Virus record (IMG/VR): IMGVR_UViG_3300035666_000015 | Span: 5,541-69,540 of that record | Length of the DNA stretch: 64,000 nt | Origin: a virus | Direction: 5' to 3' (one strand) | In this document: in pieces, positions 1 through 8,025 of the stretch | Layout of the letters: every line of letters begins with the position of its first letter | Position numbering within the stretch: position 1 is the stretch's first letter | Program-made: the position numbers and the translations under genes | The notes under the pieces: generated by a model | The model's database searches: none | Told to the model about the DNA's origin: nothing | Seen by the model: the letters and a program-made list of their open reading frames with translations, nothing else

Positions 1-931
1 CTGCAAATGATAGGAATGCTGTTTCATTATCCTCTGCCCACGCCCATCTCAATTCACGAGGTAACTTATCTGTCTTTGTTTCACCATCATAATTACCAGC
101 GTAGGTTGTGGCTAGCATATGTAATAACCATCTATAGCCACCGAAACCTATCGGTGTTCCCTCGCTTCTTAGTAGAAGTGCTTTAGCGAAATCAGTCCCC
201 TGCTCATGTAAGTAAGCTGAAGCTGGATAACGTCTACCTCTAAAATCATAATAATACTCATGATAGAAGGTATCACTACCAAACTGTTCACTCATTGCTA
301 ATAGTAACTCAACTTCTCTTTGCTTTGACTCCTTTGCCTGTCCTTTTCGTTCCCAGACATCATCAAAGGCAGCTTTCTTTCTTGTGAGGGCCCACTTGCC
401 TATCCTCATAATAGCTGTGTTTATTTTCCATCCTGTTCTTTGTGCACGATTGACAGAATTGAACACCATTGGGTGTGTAGTATTGGACATGAAATACCCC
501 ATATATTCGGAGTGTATTAGCTTTTCATGACCCATTATCGCTTCCTCCCAATCTCTGAATGGCAATTTTGAAGGTATTTTACCAACAGAGTGTACGGGGA
601 CTTGCTTCCAGAGGTAATTCAAGAAAGGTTTATCTTCAATCTTAACTAGATACGCCTGGTGACCGGAGTAACCTGCACCTAGAAATACTGAGATAACTTT
701 ATGATCCTCTAGGACAGAAGCAATATCTGCACCTAATTGAGCAGCCTTTGCAGAGTCGCGTGGACCCTTCATTGCTGCTGAACCAACAGCGGTTATAAAC
801 TCAGAAAAGTACGGACACCCTTTTGGCTTAGGCTGACCATACAAATATACTGCTTTTACTATTTTTATGAAGTTTTCAGTTCCAAATGGGGCCAATGCTT
901 TTAGAAGCATTTCTTTGGCTCTATGACTCAT
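1..931 (-). CDS. T7/T3-family single-subunit DNA-dependent RNA polymerase, N-terminal ~310 aa (runs off the left edge of the window)
   Basis: Not in the ORF track. Hand translation from ATG at 931 is open to base 2 and contains FYHEYYYDFRGRRYPASAYLHEQGTDFAKALL, matching the T7-family DxRGRxY...QG.D..K.LL motif, followed by WLLHMLA and KTDKLPRELRWAWAEDN. Confidence 0.9.
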   Translation of the reverse strand, partial: MSHRAKEMLLKALAPFGTENFIKIVKAVYLYGQPKPKGCPYFSEFITAVGSAAMKGPRDSAKAAQLGADIASVLEDHKVISVFLGAGYSGHQAYLVKIEDKPFLNYLWKQVPVHSVGKIPSKLPFRDWEEAIMGHEKLIHSEYMGYFMSNTTHPMVFNSVNRAQRTGWKINTAIMRIGKWALTRKKAAFDDVWERKGQAKESKQREVELLLAMSEQFGSDTFYHEYYYDFRGRRYPASAYLHEQGTDFAKALLLRSEGTPIGFGGYRWLLHMLATTYAGNYDGETKTDKLPRELRWAWAEDNETAFLSFA

Positions 932-1032
932 AATTCACTTGAAATAATGTATAAAGAGACTAATATTGTCCCGGTGATAGAGAGCTTAAGCGCTAATACC
1001 ACAATTGTTAGAGTTAAAAGACGCTTAAACAT
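928..1032 (-). CDS. 34-aa hydrophobic peptide translationally coupled to the RNAP gene
   Basis: AAGGAG SD; MFKRLLTLTIVVLALKLSITGTILVSLYIISSEL; its TGA overlaps the RNAP ATG (ATGA). Confidence 0.55.
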   Translation of the reverse strand: MFKRLLTLTIVVLALKLSITGTILVSLYIISSEL

Positions 1033-1052
1033 CTCTCCTTACTTTGAGTTTT

Positions 1053-1097
1053 AAAAGAAAAAAATAAAAGAAATGGCGCGACTCCCGAAGGAGTCGC
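1053..1097 (-). terminator. Rho-independent terminator
   Basis: GCGACTCC-TTCG-GGAGTCGC hairpin on the - strand followed by a long T-rich tract. Confidence 0.8.
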
Positions 1098-1194
1098 TAA
1101 GTTATGTTAAGTTGTGTATTATGTTATTAATTTTTAATATAATATCAATATCTGAACTAAGGATCTTTATAAATATACCAGAACATGATTTGGC

Positions 1195-1299
1195 CTATTG
1201 TTTGTTATGTGATTTTAAAAGCTTGTATAAAATTGCAAGTATGCTTCCAAAGATTATCAGCAATGCTAACAGAACACCACCAGAAAGGACCAGATACAC
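1195..1299 (-). CDS. 34-aa putative membrane peptide
   Basis: GTG overlaps the TerB stop; MYLVLSGGVLLALLIIFGSILAILYKLLKSHNKQ. Confidence 0.35.
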   Translation of the reverse strand: MYLVLSGGVLLALLIIFGSILAILYKLLKSHNKQ

Positions 1300-1718
1300 T
1301 ACGCTAGACCGTATTCATCCAGACTTACACCAAGCGAACGCGCAACTTTTGTCAGCACAGTTTTTTCTTCAGGTTCAATTTCGCCGTCAGCTTTAGCAAT
1401 AGCCAGCATATTCAGAAACACTTCTTCGCAATGATCAGAGTTATCGCTGATATCAGCGAGTTCCTTCATCATTTTAGCCTGACCAACACCGAAGTCCGCT
1501 TCGAGGATGTTTTGGTAGCGAGAGATGACTTTTCGAATTTCTGCAGGCTTGAAAGCTGATAAATTGTCATTACTGGTTAATAACTTATCCAACTTATCAA
1601 GCTCAGATTTTTCTACAGTACCGTCAGCTGACGCAACGAGCATTGTGCCTGCAACAATTGCTTCCATTAAATTTTGATTTGAAACTTTTTTAGCACCTTT
1701 TAAAAACTTACCGAACAT
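1299..1718 (-). CDS. terB: TerB-family (tellurite resistance-like) protein
   Basis: Paired TerB motifs LVASADGTVEKSE and IAKADGEIEPEE; 139 aa; GGAG SD. Confidence 0.85.
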   Translation of the reverse strand: MFGKFLKGAKKVSNQNLMEAIVAGTMLVASADGTVEKSELDKLDKLLTSNDNLSAFKPAEIRKVISRYQNILEADFGVGQAKMMKELADISDNSDHCEEVFLNMLAIAKADGEIEPEEKTVLTKVARSLGVSLDEYGLA

Positions 1719-1730
1719 ATATTTCTCCGA

Positions 1731-2054
1731 TTATTGATTGTTTATTTGTTGCTTAATATTACTAAGGGCCGTTGCTAAACGAGCGCCACCAATCAATCCT
1801 TTAACTAAGTCACTTCTATCCTTGAAGGACTTCACTCGGGCTTTCACTTCAACTAAACCATCTGTGGTTTGAATAAAGGTCGGACCGCTTTTAACTTGCA
1901 AAGTTTCGACTTCAAAGTTTTCTCCGTCTTTATTCTGAAGCACAGCCTTACCTTCTTTGGCACCTTTGTATTTTAGGTATCCTTCATAGGCTATCTTAGA
2001 CACTTCGACAGTAGCCACTACAACGTTTGCAGCTAATAAGATATTATTTAACAT
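1731..2054 (-). CDS. hypothetical protein
   Basis: 107-aa ORF with AGGAG SD, co-oriented. Confidence 0.7.
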   Translation of the reverse strand: MLNNILLAANVVVATVEVSKIAYEGYLKYKGAKEGKAVLQNKDGENFEVETLQVKSGPTFIQTTDGLVEVKARVKSFKDRSDLVKGLIGGARLATALSNIKQQINNQ

Positions 2055-2175
2055 TAGAATCTCCTGGGAAGTAAATAAAAATTGCCAAAGCTACCATCGC
2101 AGCCAACGCCATGCCAATGGCATTGATTGAATACCAAATAGCCACGCCTACTAATATCGATGTAGTAAGTCTCAT
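2044..2175 (-). CDS. 43-aa membrane peptide
   Basis: AGGAG SD; MRLTTSILVGVAIWYSINAIGMALAAMVALAIFIYFPGDSNVK. Confidence 0.55.
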   Translation of the reverse strand: MRLTTSILVGVAIWYSINAIGMALAAMVALAIFIYFPGDSNVK

Positions 2176-2320
2176 CTCTTTCTCCTGATAATTAGAAACG
2201 TTTGATTACAGACAGTACTGTGTTCAAACGACGTATTCTTTCAGATTTACTATCACAGCGCTGAGGCATTGATAATAGATGCTGAAATATTTTTAACAAT
2301 ATTATATACTCTTTCATGTC

Positions 2321-2710
2321 TTAGTCCAACGGCATCCAAGAGAAAATTTCACCCTTATCAACTACGTTTTCTCTTCGTAGAACACAGATGAATCCTGATT
2401 TTGACATAACAGCCACTCTGGAAACGATACGCGGTATTGGAACATCATTCGTATTCCACTCAAAGGGAGGTATCTTCCTTAACGACTCTCTGGAGCTTTC
2501 TGGAATCAACTTGTTACTATCTTTTGCTACATAGTGAGGTATTCCATTTATAAACCCTCCAAAACGGCGGGATACTGTGGATTGTGATGATACCACTAAT
2601 ACCATATCACCTACGCGGACTGTACTTAGATCACGCTCTAACTCGTCCAGCAGATCTTTACCCCAAACTTCTACTTCTGCTAATGTGCTCATCTCTAATC
2701 TCCTATGCAT
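2321..2710 (-). CDS. hypothetical protein (start may be the MSTL Met)
   Basis: ORF in a tightly packed - strand array. Confidence 0.65.
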   Translation of the reverse strand: MHRRLEMSTLAEVEVWGKDLLDELERDLSTVRVGDMVLVVSSQSTVSRRFGGFINGIPHYVAKDSNKLIPESSRESLRKIPPFEWNTNDVPIPRIVSRVAVMSKSGFICVLRRENVVDKGEIFSWMPLD

Positions 2711-3020
2711 TTAAATATTTTTCAATTCTTTCGACTTTATCAAAAACGGTTTTACAATCATGTAGCAGATGTGTAATTATCTTAGTAGTACATTTACACT
2801 CCTTTAGATACTTTTCAAAGGTTATTAACAATCTTATCAGTTTCCTGATTTCTTTCAAGGTACTTAATGCTTCAGGCTCATCACCAACAAATACAGTATC
2901 TTGCACTGCATTATTTATCTGCAGGGCACTTTCTAAACTAACCTCACCTAGTTGATGAAGCTCCTTACACAGTAATAAATACTGCGCATTTAATTTCGTT
3001 TTCGTAATAAATTTAAACAT
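2703..3020 (-). CDS. hypothetical protein
   Basis: GGAG SD; lies directly downstream of promoter-like motif copy A. Confidence 0.7.
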   Translation of the reverse strand: MFKFITKTKLNAQYLLLCKELHQLGEVSLESALQINNAVQDTVFVGDEPEALSTLKEIRKLIRLLITFEKYLKECKCTTKIITHLLHDCKTVFDKVERIEKYLNA

Positions 3021-3047
3021 TTCTCTTCTCCAGTTAATTTATTTTGT

Positions 3048-3076
3048 TCTTTCATATAAGATGGTGACTTTTGCGC
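3048..3076 (-). promoter_or_regulatory. candidate phage RNAP promoter, copy A (GCGCAAAA-N4-CCATCTTATATGAAAGA)
   Basis: 26/29 identical to 5152..5180; intergenic, about 28 bp upstream of the ATG at 3020. Confidence 0.6.
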
Positions 3077-3173
3077 AACCTCTTTTGAACGATTTAATGA
3101 CGTACAATACGCATGCATTGTGGCAGAGCTGCAGTATTTCCAATACCAAATACAATCCATACAATATATTGCT

Positions 3174-3662
3174 TTACACATCAGAAAAACACAACTCACG
3201 TGTAATGAATAAATACTCCTTCCATTTACCCCACCAACTAGGGGCATACTCATCCATTAACTCTAGTTCTCCATCGGAAAACTGATTCCATTCTTCCCAA
3301 GAGTACTGTCTACAACCTATCGCCAATACGTGTTCAGTGAACGTTATATGCCAACTATCTAACTGCATAGACCGAATTTCACACATATTGCCAATTACAT
3401 AATTAATAGCAGCATCTTGCAGTTTGCAATCCTTCAGTGTAGCTCCAGTAAAATCTACATGTTGTAAATTACTACCTGTAAAATCTGCGTGGTTTAGCTT
3501 AGAATATCTAAACTTAGCAAAAGCTAATTTAGCAAATCTGAACTTACAACTGCGTAGATCCTTTTCGGAAAAGTCATTTACGTGCAGACGTAGCCCAGAA
3601 TAATCGTGTACTTTTCTTACAATACTAGATGTCATTTTAAGCCTCCTTTTTGTATCGTCCAT
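3174..3662 (-). CDS. pentapeptide-repeat protein (probable start MTSSIV, ~3635)
   Basis: Five-residue repeats KDLRS CKFRF AKLAF AKFRY SKLNH ADFTG SNLQH VDFTG ATLKD, then a LAIGC-containing C-terminal domain common in phage versions. Confidence 0.85.
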   Translation of the reverse strand: MDDTKRRLKMTSSIVRKVHDYSGLRLHVNDFSEKDLRSCKFRFAKLAFAKFRYSKLNHADFTGSNLQHVDFTGATLKDCKLQDAAINYVIGNMCEIRSMQLDSWHITFTEHVLAIGCRQYSWEEWNQFSDGELELMDEYAPSWWGKWKEYLFITRELCFSDV

Positions 3663-3874
3663 TTAGGCGCAGGATTTTTGCGACCTTTTCCATCCACAAA
3701 GTTATTAGTTTTTAAGTCATAATAACCCTTTTCAGTCAATACCCTCCCATTGCTAGTTGTCTGGTAAATCTTGTTGTTCTGTTGCTTGTATTGTTGCGGT
3801 TGCACCACTAGAGTGAACACCAACATTATTGTGAATAAAGCTTTCATATTCTCTCCTCTCGAATGTACCATCAA
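3632..3874 (-). CDS. small exported protein (probable start MKALF)
   Basis: Signal-peptide-like MKALFTIMLVFTLVV after GAGG SD; overlaps the upstream ORF. Confidence 0.45.
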   Translation of the reverse strand: MMVHSRGENMKALFTIMLVFTLVVQPQQYKQQNNKIYQTTSNGRVLTEKGYYDLKTNNFVDGKGRKNPAPKWTIQKGGLK

Positions 3875-4199
3875 AATTTAATTTTAACAACCAAGTGTCC
3901 GACTCAGACTTAAAATCATTTATTGGTCTAAAACCTTGGGCATATATAGCAGGTTTAATGGCTTCCCATAATAGATTGGTTATTGGTATAGATACATAAT
4001 TAGCATTCTCAACATATAATGCGTAGCAGTTAGTACCTACTTTGAATCCAACAGTGGAATTAACTTTAATAAACTCTGCAGGCGTAGGCTCATTATGTAC
4101 TGCTTTTAGATAAGATACCACTTGCTCAAGTTCCCTTGTAATCAGCACAGGTCTCAAAACACCGTTTTCTAACTCCAAATCATGTAGTTTATAGAACAT
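3753..4199 (-). CDS. hypothetical protein
   Basis: 148-aa ORF overlapping its neighbours. Confidence 0.6.
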   Translation of the reverse strand: MFYKLHDLELENGVLRPVLITRELEQVVSYLKAVHNEPTPAEFIKVNSTVGFKVGTNCYALYVENANYVSIPITNLLWEAIKPAIYAQGFRPINDFKSESDTWLLKLNFDGTFERREYESFIHNNVGVHSSGATATIQATEQQDLPDN

Positions 4200-4551
4200 A
4201 GGATTTTACCATGCGCAGTGTTCGTCTGTCAAATTGACGATTCCATATTCGACGGTTTCTGATAGCCTTTCTAAGCTCCGCTTCCGTAATTTGGTATTGT
4301 GCCCAATAAGAGCTTGCTTCTGTAGATCCAGCTTCGAGCAATCTTTTTGTCTCAGCTATTTCCACAACCACATGATCCATATGTTCCCAACAATCAGAAT
4401 TCATCCAGAATACCGGAGTTAATCCATCAGCTTTTACAGCCTTGGCGATGATTAAAGCAGCGAGGCCACAACCACCGTAATTTATATCTTCCAGCATGCC
4501 GAGTGCATTTACTGCTTTCAATGTATTTACCATATTCATAATACTCTCCAC
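4189..4551 (-). CDS. hypothetical protein
   Basis: 120 aa with INYGGCGLAAL and EHMDHVVV (Cys/His pair). Confidence 0.7.
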   Translation of the reverse strand: MESIMNMVNTLKAVNALGMLEDINYGGCGLAALIIAKAVKADGLTPVFWMNSDCWEHMDHVVVEIAETKRLLEAGSTEASSYWAQYQITEAELRKAIRNRRIWNRQFDRRTLRMVKSYVL

Positions 4552-4555
4552 GATA

Positions 4556-4960
4556 CTAAAGATTGTTAAAGAAGTTTAATGGAATTGCCTGAGTTCGGTA
4601 GTATTCATCATTAATTACAGTACTGAATACTACACATTTTTCGCTAAGTCTATTTTCTAGCTTACCAACAGTGCAGTAGTTTATCTGAATTACTTTGTCA
4701 AATCGCTCAAGATAATCATTCAAATCCTCTTGCTGCACTATTGTCGGCTGAAGTTCTACTTCCGATTTCTTGGAAAACTCGTAAACACCTATATCTAGTT
4801 GATCAACGGAAACTCCTAATACTTGTAACATAACATTTGCAGAGTCTACAGTAGATTTTTCTACAGTAATCACTACTACATTATTGTTAGATATTTTGAA
4901 CTCGTTTTCAAGTGTCTTTAATAATTTACAAACACGTCGCAATTGCTCAACCGTAGTCAT
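4556..4960 (-). CDS. hypothetical protein
   Basis: 134-aa ORF coupled to the upstream peptide by an ATGA overlap. Confidence 0.7.
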   Translation of the reverse strand: MTTVEQLRRVCKLLKTLENEFKISNNNVVVITVEKSTVDSANVMLQVLGVSVDQLDIGVYEFSKKSEVELQPTIVQQEDLNDYLERFDKVIQINYCTVGKLENRLSEKCVVFSTVINDEYYRTQAIPLNFFNNL

Positions 4961-5037
4961 AGCATCACCATTAGTAATAAGCCGTTAATTAATACACCTA
5001 CTAATACAATCAAAAACCAAACATTTGAAATACTCAT
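4957..5037 (-). CDS. 26-aa membrane peptide
   Basis: MSISNVWFLIVLVGVLINGLLLMVML; ATGA overlaps at both ends. Confidence 0.55.
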   Translation of the reverse strand: MSISNVWFLIVLVGVLINGLLLMVML

Positions 5038-5120
5038 GAATATATCCCTAAAATAGTTCCAATAATAAATCCTAAAATCAGTGGTAAAACCACCAACAGT
5101 ATTACTTCTTCTAAAACCAT
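5034..5120 (-). CDS. 28-aa membrane peptide, first ORF of the putative early region
   Basis: GAGGTG SD; MVLEEVILLVVLPLILGFIIGTILGIYS. Confidence 0.6.
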   Translation of the reverse strand: MVLEEVILLVVLPLILGFIIGTILGIYS

Positions 5121-5151
5121 AATATCACCTCATTATTGATTATCTTACTTG

Positions 5152-5180
5152 TCTTTCATATAAGATGGCCAGTTTTGCGC
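5152..5180 (-). promoter_or_regulatory. candidate phage RNAP promoter, copy B
   Basis: 26/29 identical to 3048..3076; about 32 bp upstream of the ATG at 5120. Confidence 0.6.
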
Positions 5181-5307
5181 TGGCGGAAGTGGCAGAAACC
5201 CCGAAATTTCGAGCCTGGTCATAGGTAGACGATACGGCGGCGAGTAGGGCATTACGGTAGTGAGGGGGTGAGAGTGGGGCAGCAGAGACGCGTTTCTGAA
5301 GGTGCGT

Positions 5308-5336
5308 AAAAATACCCCATGATTTTCCATGGGGCA
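5308..5336 (-). terminator. Rho-independent terminator closing the late (structural/lysis) operon
   Basis: GCCCCATG-GAAAAT-CATGGGGT hairpin then ATTTTT, just after the stop at 5341. Confidence 0.8.
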
Positions 5337-5340
5337 CTTG

Positions 5341-5835
5341 TTAAATCCACTTAAGTAAATAAGCTTCTGAAGTTAATCGAGGCTTTTTATATCCTAGTTT
5401 TAATAATAATTTTCTAAACACTGCTTGATTGGCTCTTGAAGAGTCAGATACTAATACATTGTACCCTTTACGCTTGAGTTGCTTCTCAGCCTTATCAAGC
5501 GCATCACTAATCATAAGTACTCGTTGTTTGAGGGGGACACTGTCACTTACTAGCAAATATGACATACTAGCTACAGAGACTGTTGAGTAATCAAAGAAAT
5601 TGCAAGGATTGAATACAAGAACTCCGTATACTTTCGTAGCATCCTCTAAAACTTCGAAGAACGCCGCCTCTCTAAATACTTGCAGTAACCTCTTAGAGCA
5701 TATACGGGGGTTTATTGGAACCTCCGCGAGTGATGGTAACTCTTTCATAACGAGGTTATACACCTGATTCAAATCACCATCACCGCGAACTGTACGCCAC
5801 TGCATCATACACCACAAAGTTGGAAATGCATCCAA
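5341..5835 (-). CDS. hypothetical protein, possible GNAT-fold acetyltransferase
   Basis: Pattern YGVLVF...YLLVS...ALDKAEKQLKRKGYNVLV...N..FRKLLLKLGY resembles GNAT topology; no clear acetyl-CoA loop. Confidence 0.45.
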   Translation of the reverse strand: MDAFPTLWCMMQWRTVRGDGDLNQVYNLVMKELPSLAEVPINPRICSKRLLQVFREAAFFEVLEDATKVYGVLVFNPCNFFDYSTVSVASMSYLLVSDSVPLKQRVLMISDALDKAEKQLKRKGYNVLVSDSSRANQAVFRKLLLKLGYKKPRLTSEAYLLKWI

Positions 5836-6410
5836 TCCTTGTTTATTGCACGACCTAAAGATACTCCACCGTTCCTTTCAACAATATTCCACCACTCATC
5901 GTACTCAGGTCTCGCTAGCATAGCCTTATCCTTTCCCCAAGCATATTGGTTATTTGAGGGATCGATGTCAACAGCAGCACCCCAAGCATGCACTGATTTC
6001 TTGTTACCACTTGTCATATTTCGGTCGTTATAACAGCCACCAAATACATTTAGCCTCAAATGATCAAATTCAGTAGCACCATAGTAAGCAAAAGCTTCAG
6101 AGAATATCTTCGTTAGTACATCTTCTACAGATTTATGACATGCAAAAGAGGTTATATAAGTTGTTTCAGACCATGCTAGTTTGAATCTGGTTGGTAGAAC
6201 GCACCTGCCAGAAGATGCTAAAGCGCTACCAGGCTCTCCTAGCAGCTTGGATAGGTCTTTATAACTGGCAATCAAAGGTGTGGAGGAACTTCCTAAAGCA
6301 TCTAATAAGGCTTTAGAGGTATTTGGTCCCCAAACCCCGTCCACCGTGATCTCATGTTTTAAACTTACTAACAATCTTTGTACATTCTTAATGTCGTCTT
6401 TTGATACCAT
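5805..6410 (-). CDS. endolysin, M15-family peptidase with N-terminal peptidoglycan-binding motif
   Basis: VDGVWGPNT binding motif; GGCYNDR, SVHAWGAAVDID (SxHxxGxAxD) and DWMHFQ zinc-peptidase motifs. Confidence 0.9.
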   Translation of the reverse strand: MVSKDDIKNVQRLLVSLKHEITVDGVWGPNTSKALLDALGSSSTPLIASYKDLSKLLGEPGSALASSGRCVLPTRFKLAWSETTYITSFACHKSVEDVLTKIFSEAFAYYGATEFDHLRLNVFGGCYNDRNMTSGNKKSVHAWGAAVDIDPSNNQYAWGKDKAMLARPEYDEWWNIVERNGGVSLGRAINKDWMHFQLCGV

Positions 6411-6416
6411 ATAGAA

Positions 6417-7397
6417 TCACCTTTTCAATAATGTAGGGTAAACATGAAATGTAGCTAATTGGAGTTTATTAGCAGCACTACAATTACCAAACACCTTAAA
6501 TGTGATTATCTCATCTTTTGGTACATATGTAGACATGAAATTATAAAGTGACGCAACAGGTGTAGATGTTTGCAAAATATCAACAGCAGGCAAAGTCAGA
6601 TACGCGCTAGAGCTAGATGCGATTTTAACGTTATCTACAAAAGCATCTACACGTAATTCTATGAGATTTGTAACTGTATTAACGTCAAGTAGACGTATCT
6701 CACTAATAAATTGGCAGTTTAACATTCCCGTTGATATTGTGGGACTTTGTAGACTATATGTACAAATTAGTCCATCTGTATCCGGTATTGCTGCTAACGA
6801 ATTCACGGCTTCTGGTGTTGTAGTTGACAATGAATCGTGAGCAAGATCATCTGTGAAGATTTTCTTAGTAGAAATCAGCATACCGGCGGAATACTCTCCT
6901 GCGCCGCCACCTGTCCAAACAGGCCGCAGCCAGGCATATCGGGTTACAGTCTGGCCGAAGTCTCTCCTAACTGAAGTACCAGTAAGAGTGCCCATCAAAC
7001 TTGCTGAATTTCTATCAGGGGTAGTAGATTCCCACAGCTCTACACCAAAAAATGACTGAGGATAGACAGAATCGGTCAAATCGAAGGTTATTTCGTATGT
7101 ATGCAGACTCGTCTGATAACTTATATTAGACAAGACAGGAGTAGGGGTGGTGTACACCCACGTCCTAGTACTCCAATCCCATATTGCGGTAGGATTAGGT
7201 TTTGCAGGAAACGCCATAATAGCGTTAATATTTATATCAAAGAAGTAGTCTTCTAGAATTACACTTGGAGATACTACAGTATCAATTATTCTAACAATTT
7301 CGCCATCAACTAACTCTCCATCAATGTATTCAGAATTTACTATCTCTGCTATATGGTTTATCTGTCCTTGCATAGACGTGAATAGATAAAGTTGCAT
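6417..7397 (-). CDS. tail-associated protein
   Basis: FN3-like segment (VELWES...YAWLRPV) typical of tail tip/fiber proteins; position in the tail module. Confidence 0.6.
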   Translation of the reverse strand: MQLYLFTSMQGQINHIAEIVNSEYIDGELVDGEIVRIIDTVVSPSVILEDYFFDININAIMAFPAKPNPTAIWDWSTRTWVYTTPTPVLSNISYQTSLHTYEITFDLTDSVYPQSFFGVELWESTTPDRNSASLMGTLTGTSVRRDFGQTVTRYAWLRPVWTGGGAGEYSAGMLISTKKIFTDDLAHDSLSTTTPEAVNSLAAIPDTDGLICTYSLQSPTISTGMLNCQFISEIRLLDVNTVTNLIELRVDAFVDNVKIASSSSAYLTLPAVDILQTSTPVASLYNFMSTYVPKDEIITFKVFGNCSAANKLQLATFHVYPTLLKR

Positions 7398-8023
7398 TAA
7401 ACCTCCAAAATTTGTACGTAATTAACGATATCTGCTGTGAAATTGTTCTTATCACCGTAGTTACCGGAGTCGATTTGAGTTTGAAAAGAAGATATTTGAA
7501 TACTCTTTTCATCAGTAGCTACTTTGAATGCTACATTCCTATATGTAATAAAAGACTTACCTATTTGAAAACTATCTAGACCTAATGATTGAATTGCTAT
7601 GTAATAGTTAGAAGTTGGATAAGGACCCTTCATACTTATAGTAACAGCAGCTGTTTTCAAGTTCTTAACAATACCTCCATACCTCACTCTGGGAAATAAC
7701 ATCTTATTAGAGAAGGTCAACATACCGGAACTAGACCGTATCCTTATTCCATAGCCACCTGGATCAACGAAATCTGAAGCATTGCCTACAACTACATAAG
7801 CAATACCTCCTCCGCCAGATTCACAACTTATCTTAGTGCGTTTAGAATTACAGTATATCTTCTTACCATTATTTACAGCTCTCACAAAAAGAGCGCCAGG
7901 AGCTCTCGTAAAATTCAAAGAGTCTCCTGACTCAAGGACACCTTGTTCTAACACACGAAGGGTTGGCTCAGCCTGAGATAGCTGTACGAAACCTTCAGCT
8001 GTTTTAAAAGAGATACCATACAT
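7397..8023 (-). CDS. tail tip accessory protein
   Basis: Internal repeat MYGISF / YGIRIRSSSGMLTFS typical of small proteins downstream of the central tail fiber. Confidence 0.6.
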   Translation of the reverse strand: MYGISFKTAEGFVQLSQAEPTLRVLEQGVLESGDSLNFTRAPGALFVRAVNNGKKIYCNSKRTKISCESGGGGIAYVVVGNASDFVDPGGYGIRIRSSSGMLTFSNKMLFPRVRYGGIVKNLKTAAVTISMKGPYPTSNYYIAIQSLGLDSFQIGKSFITYRNVAFKVATDEKSIQISSFQTQIDSGNYGDKNNFTADIVNYVQILEV

Positions 8024-8025
8024 TT

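Noticed and set aside
2990-3253. 87-aa - strand ORF
   Set aside because: It overlaps both neighbours and covers promoter motif A; probably spurious.
5140-5337. Two overlapping ~60-aa - strand ORFs (5140..5337, 5145..5330)
   Set aside because: They start inside the terminator hairpin, lack an SD and span the promoter-like motif; more likely non-coding.
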